From NCBI GenBank assembly GCA_937910695.1, contig CALEMW010000054.1, positions 13,831-77,830 of the forward strand: DNA of 64,000 nucleotides, given 5' to 3'. The position numbers and the translations under genes were made by a program. The DNA comes from an uncultured bacterium. Lineage in GTDB: Bacteria > Krumholzibacteriota > Krumholzibacteriia > LZORAL124-64-63. The notes below the pieces were generated by a model that had not been told where the DNA came from, made no database searches, and saw only the letters and a list, made by a program, of their open reading frames with translations. Below are positions 44,843 to 54,256 of this stretch, in pieces; position 1 is the stretch's first letter; every line of letters begins with the position of its first letter.

Positions 44843-47404
44843 ATGCACATGCCCACCGTTCGCCACACGGGCTTGATCTTCGCTATTTGCCTGATCTGCC
44901 TCGGCGCCGCCGCAACGGCCGTTTCCGCCTACGAAGCACCCCTGGACCACAACGGCCTGCCCCAGTGGGTCGAGAAAGTCTGGACCGACGCCCCGATCCG
45001 CCTCGAACTGCGCGATCACGCGGAGCTGCAGCAGCTGCTCGCCGCCGTGCCCATCGCAGCGTTCAACCGCGAGGATGTGGGCTTTTCCGGCGATGTGAAG
45101 AACCGCACCCTGGTGCTGCGGACCCGCGTCACCGAAGCCGAGTTCGCCGCCCTGACCGCCGCCGGCTGGAGTCCCGAGCGCGTGCGCGACCTCGATCGCG
45201 AGGGTCGCGAAGCCGCCGAACAGGTGTGGCGCGATATGGCCGAGGGCAAGGCCGTGGGCGACAAGACTTATCCCTACAACTACTACCCGACCCACGCGGA
45301 GATCGGCACCATCCTGGCCGCCGTCGAGACCGCCCACCCCGCCATCGCGCGGGACTTCCAGTGGGGCTCGTCGGTGCAGGGCCGCGCGTTGTGGGGCATC
45401 GTCATTTCCGACAACGTGAACGTGAACGAGGCCGAGCCGGAAATCCGATTCTCGTCGACCATGCACGGCGACGAAGTCACGGGAATGATCTTGATGCTGG
45501 ATCTGGCCGAATACCTGACGACGAACTATGGCGTCGCCGGCTACGAGGACGTCACCTACCTGGTCGACAACTACGAAATCCATCTCATGCCCGACCACAA
45601 CCCCGACGGTACGGCGGCCGGTCAGCGTTACAACGCCCACAGCATCGACCTGAACCGCAACTACCTGCTGCCCCAGGGCACTGACACGGTGCTCGAGCTC
45701 GAGAACCAGAACATGATCAACTACTCCACCGGGCAGCACTTCGTGATCAGCTTGAACTTCCACGGCGGCGCCCTGGTAGCGAACTACCCGTGGGACTGGA
45801 CCTACACCCTGTCCGACGACAACCCGGCGCTGATCAAGATGAGCCTGGAGTACTCCACCTACAACTCGCCCATGTACAACGGCTCGTTCCCCCAGGGCAT
45901 CACCAACGGGGCCGACTGGTACGTCGTGTACGGGTCGCACCAGGACTGGAGCTACGACCAGACCGACTGCATCGACGTGACCCTCGAAGTGTCCAACACC
46001 AAGTGGCCCTCGGCCGGCACGCTGGTGGGCTTCTGGAACGACAACCGCGAGAGCCTGATGCACTACGCCAAGTCCGCCCGCTACGGCGTCAACGGCATCG
46101 TGACCGGTTCCGATACCGGACTGCCCCTCGACGCCACCGTGACGGTGACCGGCAACTCCATGGAAGTGCACACCGATCCCGAGAACGGCGACTACTACAA
46201 GCTGCTCGACACCGGCACCTACGCCCTCACCTTCGAAGCCTACGGCTACATCACACAGACGATCACCGGCGTGTCCACCGTGTGGGGCACCCCGACGGTG
46301 CTCGACGTGGTGCTCGATCCGGTGGCGACCGGCGCCGTGGACGGCTTCGTGTACGAGCAGGGCGGCGCGCCCATCGCGGCCCGCGTCGACGCCTACACCC
46401 ACCCGCTGAATGTGTTCATCAACACGGCCTACAGCGCCGCCGGCGACGGTTCGTACAGCCTGCCCAACCTGGTGTACGGCGACTACAAGCTGGTCTACAG
46501 CGCCGCCGACCACGCCACCGTGGAGCAGGTCGTGACGGTGGATGCCTCCTCGGTGACCGCCCCCGACGTGACTCTTGGCCTGACCATGCCGATCACGCCC
46601 TTCGCCACCAATTTCGATGGTCAGCTGACCGACGGCTGGACCGGTGCCTGGGGCATCCAGACAGGCGGCGCCGACGGCACTGCGTACTCCATGAGCGACA
46701 GCCCCGGCGGCAACTACGCGGCCAACACGAACTCGGCCTGTACCATGGATGCGGGCGTGGATCTGAGCACCATGGACGCGGGAAGCGTGAGCTTCTGGGC
46801 AAGGTGGGACATCGAGGCCAACTGGGACGGCGTCTCGTTCGAAGTGTCCACCAACGGCGGCGGTGCGTGGACCAAACTGGCCACGACCTACACCCAGGCA
46901 GGCAGCGGTCAGGGTGCCCAGCAATCCGGACAACCCTACTTCGAGGGCAGCCAGGCCGCCTGGGTCTTCAACGAGGTCGACCTCGCCCCCTGGCTCGGCC
47001 TGGCGGATGTGCGCTTCCGCTTCGTGCTGGGATCCGACGGTTCTGTGCAGAAGGACGGCTTCACCTTCGATGAATTCATGATCGACGGCGTAGGCGCGAT
47101 CGTGACGGGCGCCGACAATATTCCGGTCGCAGTCCGGCTCGACGGCGTGAGCCCGAACCCGTTCAACCCCTCGACGAACGTGCGATTCACCCTGGCCCGC
47201 GACGGCCTGGCCCGCGTCGACGTCTTCGACGTGACCGGACGCCTGGTGCGAACCCTCGTTGACGGACGCTTGCCGGCGGGCGACCATGCTGTGACCTGGA
47301 ACGGCCGCAACGACGACGGTTCTCAGACCGCCAGCGGTCTTTACTTCGTGCGTCTGCGGAGCGGCGGCGTGAGCGAGACGGCGAAGGCGCTGCTCGTCAA
47401 GTAA
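44843..47404 (+). CDS. Secreted M14 zinc carboxypeptidase (M14B-like) with transthyretin-like regulatory domain, MAM/LamG-like domain and T9SS type-A C-terminal sorting domain
   Basis: Signal peptide. Zn ligands 'STMHGDEVTG' (HxxE) and 'LNFHGGALVANYPWD'. 'DLNRNY'. C-terminus 'VSPNPFNPSTNVRFTLARDGLARVDVFDVTGRLVRTL'. Confidence 0.8.
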   Translation: MHMPTVRHTGLIFAICLICLGAAATAVSAYEAPLDHNGLPQWVEKVWTDAPIRLELRDHAELQQLLAAVPIAAFNREDVGFSGDVKNRTLVLRTRVTEAEFAALTAAGWSPERVRDLDREGREAAEQVWRDMAEGKAVGDKTYPYNYYPTHAEIGTILAAVETAHPAIARDFQWGSSVQGRALWGIVISDNVNVNEAEPEIRFSSTMHGDEVTGMILMLDLAEYLTTNYGVAGYEDVTYLVDNYEIHLMPDHNPDGTAAGQRYNAHSIDLNRNYLLPQGTDTVLELENQNMINYSTGQHFVISLNFHGGALVANYPWDWTYTLSDDNPALIKMSLEYSTYNSPMYNGSFPQGITNGADWYVVYGSHQDWSYDQTDCIDVTLEVSNTKWPSAGTLVGFWNDNRESLMHYAKSARYGVNGIVTGSDTGLPLDATVTVTGNSMEVHTDPENGDYYKLLDTGTYALTFEAYGYITQTITGVSTVWGTPTVLDVVLDPVATGAVDGFVYEQGGAPIAARVDAYTHPLNVFINTAYSAAGDGSYSLPNLVYGDYKLVYSAADHATVEQVVTVDASSVTAPDVTLGLTMPITPFATNFDGQLTDGWTGAWGIQTGGADGTAYSMSDSPGGNYAANTNSACTMDAGVDLSTMDAGSVSFWARWDIEANWDGVSFEVSTNGGGAWTKLATTYTQAGSGQGAQQSGQPYFEGSQAAWVFNEVDLAPWLGLADVRFRFVLGSDGSVQKDGFTFDEFMIDGVGAIVTGADNIPVAVRLDGVSPNPFNPSTNVRFTLARDGLARVDVFDVTGRLVRTLVDGRLPAGDHAVTWNGRNDDGSQTASGLYFVRLRSGGVSETAKALLVK

Positions 47405-47480
47405 CGACCGCCGCAACGAACGACCGTGTTCGCGAAGACCCCCGGGTGATCGGCACTCGGGGGTCTTTGCGGGAGGACCG

Positions 47481-49955
47481 ATGAACAGTTCGCCGACTCG
47501 GCCGTCCCCGCCATCGGCCATCCACATGGTGGTGTTTCTGGCCGGCTGCACTTTCCTCATCTACGAGGTGAGCTGGAACCGCATGCTCGCGATAGCCCTG
47601 GGCGCCACCGTAACCGCAGCGACCGTGGTGCTCTCGACGTTCATGGCCGGATTCGGTGTCGGCGCTGTGATCTGGGGCCGGCTTGCCGACCGCGGCGGGT
47701 CCGTCGGCAGACTGCTGGGCGCGCTCCTGGCCGGAGTCGGCGTGACCGGCGCTCTGGCTTCGTGGCTGTTCGTCCACGTCGTACCCGGGCTCTACTCCTC
47801 CGTCCCGGCACCCCTGGTCTTCACTCTGACCGTAGCGACGCTATTCGTACCGACCTTCCTGATGGGCGGCACCTTCCCCTTGGCCAGCAAGATCGCCGCG
47901 GCGCAGAGCGGTCCTCTCGCAGCTTCTCTCGGCCGCCTCTACGCGGCCGAAACCCTGGGCTGCACCCTCGGTGGTCTGGCGGCGGGCTTCGTGCTGCTGG
48001 GCGCACTGGGTCAGGTGATGACGATTCAGCTGACCGTTGGAGCCAACCTGATGCTGGGCGTATGGCTCTTCGCAGCACGGCGATTCGATATCCGTAACGT
48101 TGCTGCCGACCACGCCGACGAGCCGATCGTCGAGAAGAACGCCCCTGTCCTGCGCCGAGCCGCCCTGATCGGCGCCTTCGCCTGTGGTTTTGCCGCCCTT
48201 GGTCTGCAGGTGCTGTGGATCCGCGTGTTTCGGATCTACCTGACCAACACCAGCTATACCTTCGCCCTGGTGGCCTCGGTTTCCATTCTCGCCCTCTTTG
48301 CTGGCAGCAAGACGTTCGAACACCGTTCGGCGAAGATCCGAAACCACGGTCGCTCTTTGCGCACCGCCCTGCTGGCCATGGCCGCCGCCACAGCGATCGG
48401 ACTGGTGGTGCTGGTCCGTCTGCCCCAGCTTCTGATGTTCCCTTTCCAGGCCGCCTTCAGCGAGCCCCTCGCCCGAATTCTACTCCTACCGCTGGTCGCC
48501 TCGCTGCTCGTGGTTTTTCCCCCGGCGTTCTTCTCAGGTTACGCCTTTCCGCTGGCCTGCCGCATGGCAGCAGCGGGGCGGGGCCGTCTGGGCTTCGATG
48601 TCGGGCTGGTGATGACCGTGAATACGGTCGGGTCGGTGCTCGGACCGGTGACGGCGGCCTTCCTGCTCCTGCCGCGGTTCGGCGTCGTGCTGTCGATCCT
48701 GCTGGTCGCCGTCATACCGTTGGGCGCGGCTCTCGTGATCGCCCACGGCACGCCGCGACGCTCAGAAGTCGGCTTGGCCGTCCTCTACGCCCTGATCGCC
48801 ATCGTGGCGACGACCGTCGGCTTCCGTCCCGAGATCCGGATCCTGCCGCCTTCCTTCATCCGCTTCGACCGCGATGTGTTGTTCTACCGCGAGACGGTCG
48901 AGGGCACGCTGTCGGTGGGGCGCGACCGCGGCACACGCACCGAATCGAAGTACACCTTCGTCGACAACAGCGCGGTGATCGGCTCGTCCTACGATGCAGT
49001 CAAGGTCGTGAAGATGGTGGGCCACTTCCCGTTCCTGCTCGGACTCGAAGCACGGGACGTGCTGGTGATCGGCTTCGGCATCGGCGTCACGACATCGGCC
49101 ATCGCCTCGCATCCGGAGGTCGCATCGATCGAATGCGTGGAGCTGGTCGACGGTCTCAAGGATGCGGCACGCTTCTACCGCGACATGAATCACGACGTGG
49201 TGAACGATCCGCGCCTGCGGATCATCGCCGGGGACGGCCGCCACCACCTGCAGGCGACGACCAAGACCTACGATCTGATCTCCTGCGACCCCACCCACCC
49301 CATCCTGGGTTCGGGGGGGCTCTACACCGCCGACTACTTCCGGCTGTGCCGCGAACACCTGAACCCCGGCGGCATGGTGTCGCAGTACCTTCCCCTGCAC
49401 AAGCTGCGCACCGAGGAAGTCCTGGGCATCATCCGTACGTTCCAGTCGGTGTTCCCCGACGCGACGGTCTGGCTCGGGCACTACCACGCAGTCCTGTTGG
49501 GCGGCACCGACCCCATCCGTGTGGATTTCGCGGATTGGGAGTCACGCACCGCTGCCCTGAGCGAAGATCCGCACTTCTATATCGATCCCCGTCACCTGGC
49601 AGCCACACTGTTCCTCGACGGCGACGCGATCGAAGAACTCGGAGCCCGCACCCCCATCAACACGGACAACCGCTCCTACACAGAATTCTTCACGCCCCAC
49701 TGTCTCGCACCCGGCAACTTGCCCGCGAACGTACGCTTCCTCCAGATGAATCGTGTTCCGCTGGATCGCGTCTTCACGGGAATCGAAGACGACGCGCTGT
49801 TGGGGCGTTTCGTCAGAGGCAACGTGCTGCTTACCGAGAGCCTCATCTCCAGCCTGGGCGGCGACGGTCGGCGTGGATTGGAGTTGTTGCAGGAGGCGTG
49901 CAGGGAGAATCCAGAAGATGGGGAGTTCCCGTTCCTCATCCGACTCAACTACTGA
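47481..49955 (+). CDS. Fused polytopic membrane (MFS-like) domain + spermidine synthase-like (polyamine aminopropyltransferase fold) domain protein
   Basis: ~12 TM N-terminal half. C-terminal 'VLVIGFGIGVTTSAIASHPEVASIECVELVDGL...DLISCDPTHP' AdoMet-dependent spermidine synthase motifs. Confidence 0.7.
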   Translation: MNSSPTRPSPPSAIHMVVFLAGCTFLIYEVSWNRMLAIALGATVTAATVVLSTFMAGFGVGAVIWGRLADRGGSVGRLLGALLAGVGVTGALASWLFVHVVPGLYSSVPAPLVFTLTVATLFVPTFLMGGTFPLASKIAAAQSGPLAASLGRLYAAETLGCTLGGLAAGFVLLGALGQVMTIQLTVGANLMLGVWLFAARRFDIRNVAADHADEPIVEKNAPVLRRAALIGAFACGFAALGLQVLWIRVFRIYLTNTSYTFALVASVSILALFAGSKTFEHRSAKIRNHGRSLRTALLAMAAATAIGLVVLVRLPQLLMFPFQAAFSEPLARILLLPLVASLLVVFPPAFFSGYAFPLACRMAAAGRGRLGFDVGLVMTVNTVGSVLGPVTAAFLLLPRFGVVLSILLVAVIPLGAALVIAHGTPRRSEVGLAVLYALIAIVATTVGFRPEIRILPPSFIRFDRDVLFYRETVEGTLSVGRDRGTRTESKYTFVDNSAVIGSSYDAVKVVKMVGHFPFLLGLEARDVLVIGFGIGVTTSAIASHPEVASIECVELVDGLKDAARFYRDMNHDVVNDPRLRIIAGDGRHHLQATTKTYDLISCDPTHPILGSGGLYTADYFRLCREHLNPGGMVSQYLPLHKLRTEEVLGIIRTFQSVFPDATVWLGHYHAVLLGGTDPIRVDFADWESRTAALSEDPHFYIDPRHLAATLFLDGDAIEELGARTPINTDNRSYTEFFTPHCLAPGNLPANVRFLQMNRVPLDRVFTGIEDDALLGRFVRGNVLLTESLISSLGGDGRRGLELLQEACRENPEDGEFPFLIRLNY

Positions 49956-50010
49956 GACTTCAATCGCCGGAACGACGCAGGCGAGGATCCACGTCCAGCG
50001 TGGTGCAGTC

Positions 50011-50034
50011 GCCCCGGCCCGCAGGCCGGGGCGC
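50011..50034. terminator. Bidirectional GC hairpin between convergent genes
   Basis: 'CGCCCCGGCC cgca GGCCGGGGCG' perfect 10-bp stem. Confidence 0.45.
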
Positions 50035-50049
50035 GCATTGGGGACGGGA

Positions 50050-50651
50050 TCAGAACAGAGCGTTCAGTTCCGCCCAGACCAGATCGAGCTCCAGTCGCAT
50101 CTCTAACTCTGCGAGCCTGCGCTCGGTCCACGACGCCCGCATCCGCAGCACCTCGCTCAGCTCGGAATCGCCGACGGTATAACGCCGTTCGGCGGCGTTG
50201 AGAACGGCGTCGGCAGCCGGCCGCAGATCCGAAACCAGCATCCGGGCCGCAGCGCGGCCGCCACAGAACGGTCTGCCAGATCCCTTTCTGCTACGGCTCC
50301 CCGGGCGCGATGACGAGCCGCCGCGCGATCCGCACTCAGACGTCCGCTCCATGGCAGTATCTGCTCGATTCCCAACACCCGATCGGCATCGCGCCAGGCG
50401 TCGCCACTGGCAGGAGCCCCTTCGAAATCGAGAAACGCTGCAGGGTTGGGCCAGGCACCCTGCTGTCGGGATCTCTCATGAGCCGCTGTCACGTGAGCCG
50501 CCGCCGCATCCAGTTCGGGACTCGCCGCGGCGGCCAGGGCCAAGGCACGCTCGAGGGTCAGCAGACCGCCTTCGGCCGCGACGGCCCCAGCGACCATCAC
50601 CGCCAGCACACAGCACGCTGCAGCGCACACCAGGGCACCAGAGCGCATCAT
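50050..50651 (-). pseudogene. Decayed CzcC/TolC-like outer membrane factor: N-terminal 164 codons and a C-terminal ~60 codons in a different frame, middle missing
   Basis: N-terminal 'LTLERALALAAAASPELDAAAAHVTAAHERSRQQGAWPNP...LGIEQILPWSGRL'. C-terminal piece '...RLAELEMRLELDLVWAELNALF'. Overlapping frames indicate a frameshift/deletion. Confidence 0.5.
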
Positions 50652-51097
50652 GACACACCTCCGTCGGGATTACGGGCCGGCCGGCCCAGCTTCAGGTACA
50701 GGGTCGGCGTGATGACCATGTTCAGGATCATCGACGACATCAGACCGAACAGGATCACGCGGGCCATGGGTGTTTCGATCTCGCTGCCGGGTCGGTCGGC
50801 GGCCAGGGCCAGGGGTACCAGAGCCAGGCCCGAGGCGAGAGCCGTCATCAGGATCGGCGCCAGACGCTCCTCAGCTCCTCGGCGCACGGCCTCGCGCAGG
50901 TCGAGCACGCCTTCAACAAGCTGCAGGTGTCGCACATGAGAAACGAGCATGATCCCGTTGCGGGTGGCGATGCCGAACACGGTGATGAAACCGATGATCG
51001 AGGCTACCGAGAGCACATTGTCGGTCAACAGGACGCCGATCACGCCGCCGATCAGCGCCAGCGGCAGGTTGAGCATGACCAACAGGGCGTCTTCCAC
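50648..51097 (-). pseudogene. 3' fragment (last ~150 codons) of a heavy-metal efflux RND permease (CzcA/CusA family)
   Basis: 'LNLPLALIGGVIGVLLTDNVLSVASIIGFITVFGIATRNGIMLVSH...ILMTALASGLALVPLALA' matches the CzcA C-terminus. No upstream coding continuation beyond 51097. Confidence 0.6.
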
Positions 51098-51188
51098 TTG
51101 AGCCCGACATAAGACCCTGCTTGTGCTAGGGTGATCCCATCACACCCCTGATTTGAATCCGAATGTCCCTTTTGGAGGAATTGTCATG

Positions 51189-51902
51189 ACTCGTTATTGG
51201 TTCGTCATCGGTCTCATTGTACTCGTAGGTGCAGGTGCGCAAGCCCAGGAACTGCAAGACATCCGCCCCGGCACCCTTGATTGTCTGATCCTGGCGGACG
51301 ACGATGCGGGAGGGCGATATCCGGATCGGGCCCTGGAGTTCGAAATGGACAACTACTTCAGACTGAGTTCGTTCGAGGGCCTCGACATCGCCTACCGGGT
51401 CCAGACCTCAGAGTCGAGAGGCTGGCGATTCGGTACGAACTTCACTTTCAGGGTCAACAACCAGAATTCCTCCGGTCAATACGGTGATGAAGATCCGTCC
51501 TCGACCGACTCCGACGAAAGGAACATCAGTCTGCGTCTCCTCGCCCAGAAACTCTTCATCACCCGACCTTCCCACAGCGCATCATTCTACTGGGGGTTGG
51601 GCCCGGTCGCCTCCTATGGCTGGAGCAAATCGACGAACGACAACACCAGCGACCATTCCTCGGAATCGAAATCGACTCGATGGACCGCCGGCCTCAACGC
51701 GGACCTCGGCGTCGTGTGGCGGTTGATCGATCAGCTTTCCCTCGAAGCGCGTTATCGGTGGTTTGCAGGGTATTTCTCCAGCGAGAACAGCCGCACCTAT
51801 TGGCTGGAGTCCGAAGTCGACCACACCAATCGTTCCGAAAGCAATGCGTTCGAACTCGACGGCAGCAACTCCGTCGACCTGGCCCTGGCGTTCCACTTCT
51901 AA
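51189..51902 (+). CDS. Outer-membrane beta-barrel (porin-like) protein
   Basis: Signal peptide 'MTRYWFVIGLIVLVGAGAQA'. Alternating amphipathic beta-strands. C-terminal 'LALAFHF' (terminal Phe). Lower-GC gene. Confidence 0.5.
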   Translation, partial: TRYWFVIGLIVLVGAGAQAQELQDIRPGTLDCLILADDDAGGRYPDRALEFEMDNYFRLSSFEGLDIAYRVQTSESRGWRFGTNFTFRVNNQNSSGQYGDEDPSSTDSDERNISLRLLAQKLFITRPSHSASFYWGLGPVASYGWSKSTNDNTSDHSSESKSTRWTAGLNADLGVVWRLIDQLSLEARYRWFAGYFSSENSRTYWLESEVDHTNRSESNAFELDGSNSVDLALAFHF

Positions 51903-52006
51903 CGCGCGCTTTCGCCGAACAGACCTTGTCCCTTGCGGGAGTCCGGTGGCATGATCGCCCCGGAATCCCGTGCATCGTCGCCCGTCCATCTGCGAAAGGT
52001 GACCCC

Positions 52007-52639
52007 ATGAAATCAGCGCTCCTCGTCGCCGCCTGCCTGTCACTGTTCGCCGCCGCCGCCACCGCCGAACTGATCATCACCGAAGCCTTCTACGATGAAG
52101 TCGGCCTCGATGAAACCGCCGAATGGGTCGAGATCCTCAACACGGGCCCCGATGCCGTCGACCTGACCGGCTATCAGCTCTGCAACGGGGGCACCAGCTA
52201 TGCCTATTCCGTGAACGTGCTGTCCGGCACCATCGACCCCTGCCAGGTCTTCGTAGTGGGCGGGCCGGCGTCGTCGGAGACCAACGGCTCCCCCGTCTAC
52301 GATCTCGTCCTCGACTTCACGCCGGACTTCCAGAACTCGGGCACCGCATCCGACGGCATCGCCCTGTTCGCTCCCGGCGACGACCCCCTGACCGCCTGTC
52401 CCGTCTCGGCGATCCTCTACGGCGGCGAGAACACCAGCAACCTGCTCGACGCCTCGTGCTCGATCAACCCGCCCGCAGTCGGCGACGCCGTAGCCGGCCA
52501 GTCCATCGAGCGCATCGCGTATCCGGAAGACACGTGGGTCATCAATGCGGCGCCGGCGCCCGGGGTCGTGGGGTTCGCCTGCGGAGGGACGTCCGCGGAG
52601 CGGAAGACCTGGGGGGAAGTCAAATCGGTCTATCGGTGA
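52007..52639 (+). CDS. Secreted lamin-tail-domain (LTD) protein
   Basis: Signal peptide. 'LIITEAFYDEVGLDETAEWVEILNTGPDAVDLTGYQL' LTD signature. Confidence 0.6.
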   Translation: MKSALLVAACLSLFAAAATAELIITEAFYDEVGLDETAEWVEILNTGPDAVDLTGYQLCNGGTSYAYSVNVLSGTIDPCQVFVVGGPASSETNGSPVYDLVLDFTPDFQNSGTASDGIALFAPGDDPLTACPVSAILYGGENTSNLLDASCSINPPAVGDAVAGQSIERIAYPEDTWVINAAPAPGVVGFACGGTSAERKTWGEVKSVYR

Positions 52640-52904
52640 GGGGGGATGCCGCCAACGACCAGTTGCTGAGCAAGCGTGGTCTCTCGGTACTCAGGACGCC
52701 GAGCTACCGTAATACAGACGCGGGGCTCATCGCCGATCTCGAGATTCGGCGGCACCACCTGGACGCGTCGAGCTTCTTCCACACGGCCCCATTCTGCGCC
52801 TGCGATCGCTTGATCAGACTCCATTGCCGAGCCAATACGAATCCGCTTCCGTCGCCGTCGCGGATCACGACGAGCCACCTGTCCACGAACGACGCGAAGG
52901 AATG

Positions 52905-53474
52905 TCATTCGCCAATACTGATCCGAGTCGTGCGGGTCGCAACGCCGATCCCTATCATGGGCCGATGATTCAACCTCTTGGACAGAAGCGGGATTCTCAA
53001 TGGGACGTCGTCACACATCCGGTACGCGGCGAAGAGCGCCTCAGCGCAATAGACGGCGGCAAAGATACGCTTCTTGGATTCCGACAATGGGCCGAAATCC
53101 CCCTTTCGGTCATGGCGGCGCAACGTAGAATACGTCAGCTGCTCCACGATGTTGGTCACCAACCATCCGTTCAAAAACGAACCCCGTGCCCCCCTTGGAA
53201 TCAGGAGGATGAATTCGGACGAGAGTGCATTGCCCGCAAGTCCGGCCATCTGAAATGCGGTCGTGGGGCGATTCGTTTCCCACCCGAGGCCATGGGGCCT
53301 GACCTCGAGGCCCTGCACGCGAGCGACCAGGTAGTGAGATGCCTCATGGGTGGCAATGGACGAACCGGCCCCCAGGGTGAATCGGAGGGCGTCCAGGACA
53401 TGGGACCCGTCCCGTCCCGATGCAGGGCAGGAAGTCACGAGAACGAGGATGCAAATCAACAGGAATATCTTCAT
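52905..53474 (-). CDS. Small lipoprotein with HExxH motif (putative zincin-like metallopeptidase)
   Basis: 'MKIFLLICILVLVTSC' lipobox. 'IATHEASHYLVA'. Confidence 0.35.
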   Translation of the reverse strand: MKIFLLICILVLVTSCPASGRDGSHVLDALRFTLGAGSSIATHEASHYLVARVQGLEVRPHGLGWETNRPTTAFQMAGLAGNALSSEFILLIPRGARGSFLNGWLVTNIVEQLTYSTLRRHDRKGDFGPLSESKKRIFAAVYCAEALFAAYRMCDDVPLRIPLLSKRLNHRPMIGIGVATRTTRISIGE

Positions 53475-53752
53475 GGCTTTCCCCAGCACGCAGCGCGACA
53501 AGCGGTACCGTCTGCGGCGGTCGCTTGTTGGACTGTCAAGTACTCACTACCGATCATCGACTCTACGATCACTCCCATCCTGTCCATCGCCGCGATTTCG
53601 TCCCCAAGATGTTCCACTGTGTGAACTCGAGGCATATCCTCTTCATCGTAAGTGACGAACAACAGGGGGGCGGGATTGCCGAGATCGCAGTCGACGGCCA
53701 TGGCGGTCGTTGAGAACAGCATGAGCAAAACGAACACGAACGTCGTCATCAT
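53471..53752 (-). CDS. Small secreted protein (hypothetical)
   Basis: Signal peptide 'MMTTFVFVLLMLFSTTAMA'. 4-nt overlap with the downstream lipoprotein gene. Confidence 0.35.
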   Translation of the reverse strand: MMTTFVFVLLMLFSTTAMAVDCDLGNPAPLLFVTYDEEDMPRVHTVEHLGDEIAAMDRMGVIVESMIGSEYLTVQQATAADGTACRAACWGKP

Positions 53753-54141
53753 GATATCCCTCCCCCATGGATCTGAATATATCCCGCCTTGTGATCTTGA
53801 AATCAGATTACCATACCGTCACGGACAAGGGCAAACGCGCCACGCCGCGTCGGGTCGGTCGGCCATTCAAGGATGGCGCAACTCCCGAGAATCCGGTAGA
53901 CTCAAGACAAGTTCGTCCCCCCTCCGGGGCGCGACGGCTCGCGGAACCAGGGCGGTTTCGTGGGCCGGGCGGAGTTGGGTCCCGCCGCTGTACGGTTCGC
54001 CCGAAAGGAGGTGATCTCGTAGTGAGTTCAGACAATCACGGCATGGTGGAGGTGGCGCCCCGTTAGAGGGGACTCTCCGGCCAACGGCCGACGTAGGGGG
54101 GCCCTCGAAGGGGAACCCAGCGCCACCGAAGCCGATGCACT

Positions 54142-54174
54142 GGGCGCCGTCGCATGAGCGACGGCGCCCTTTTT
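54142..54174 (+). terminator. Strong rho-independent terminator (plus strand) 83 bp upstream of pfkA
   Basis: 'GGGCGCCGTCGC atga GCGACGGCGCCC' 12-bp perfect stem followed by TTTTTCC. Confidence 0.75.
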
Positions 54175-54188
54175 CCAGCGAGTCCGCG

Positions 54189-54217
54189 TTGCACGGCGAT
54201 GCGGACCGCGATACGAT
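54189..54217 (+). promoter_or_regulatory. Candidate sigma70-type promoter of pfkA (-35 TTGCAC, 17-nt spacer, -10 TACGAT)
   Basis: Read directly. Located between the upstream terminator and the ATG at 54257. Confidence 0.45.
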
Positions 54218-54256
54218 GACCGACGCCGTCGATCCACCCGAATCCGGAAGCGCGCC

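Noticed and set aside
54004-54016. AAAGGAGGTGATC, the exact reverse complement of the 16S rRNA 3' terminus; considered as an rRNA gene fragment
   Set aside because: Flanking sequence on the minus strand does not match the conserved 16S 3' region (no 'CTGCGGTTGGATCACC' context). Interpreted instead as an unusually perfect SD.
53767-54066. 99-aa plus-strand ORF (MDLNISRLVILKSDYHTVTDKGKRATPRRVGRPF...)
   Set aside because: Arg/Pro/Gly-rich, no motifs and no RBS at its ATG. Only its last 14 codons, preceded by the perfect SD, are considered potentially meaningful.
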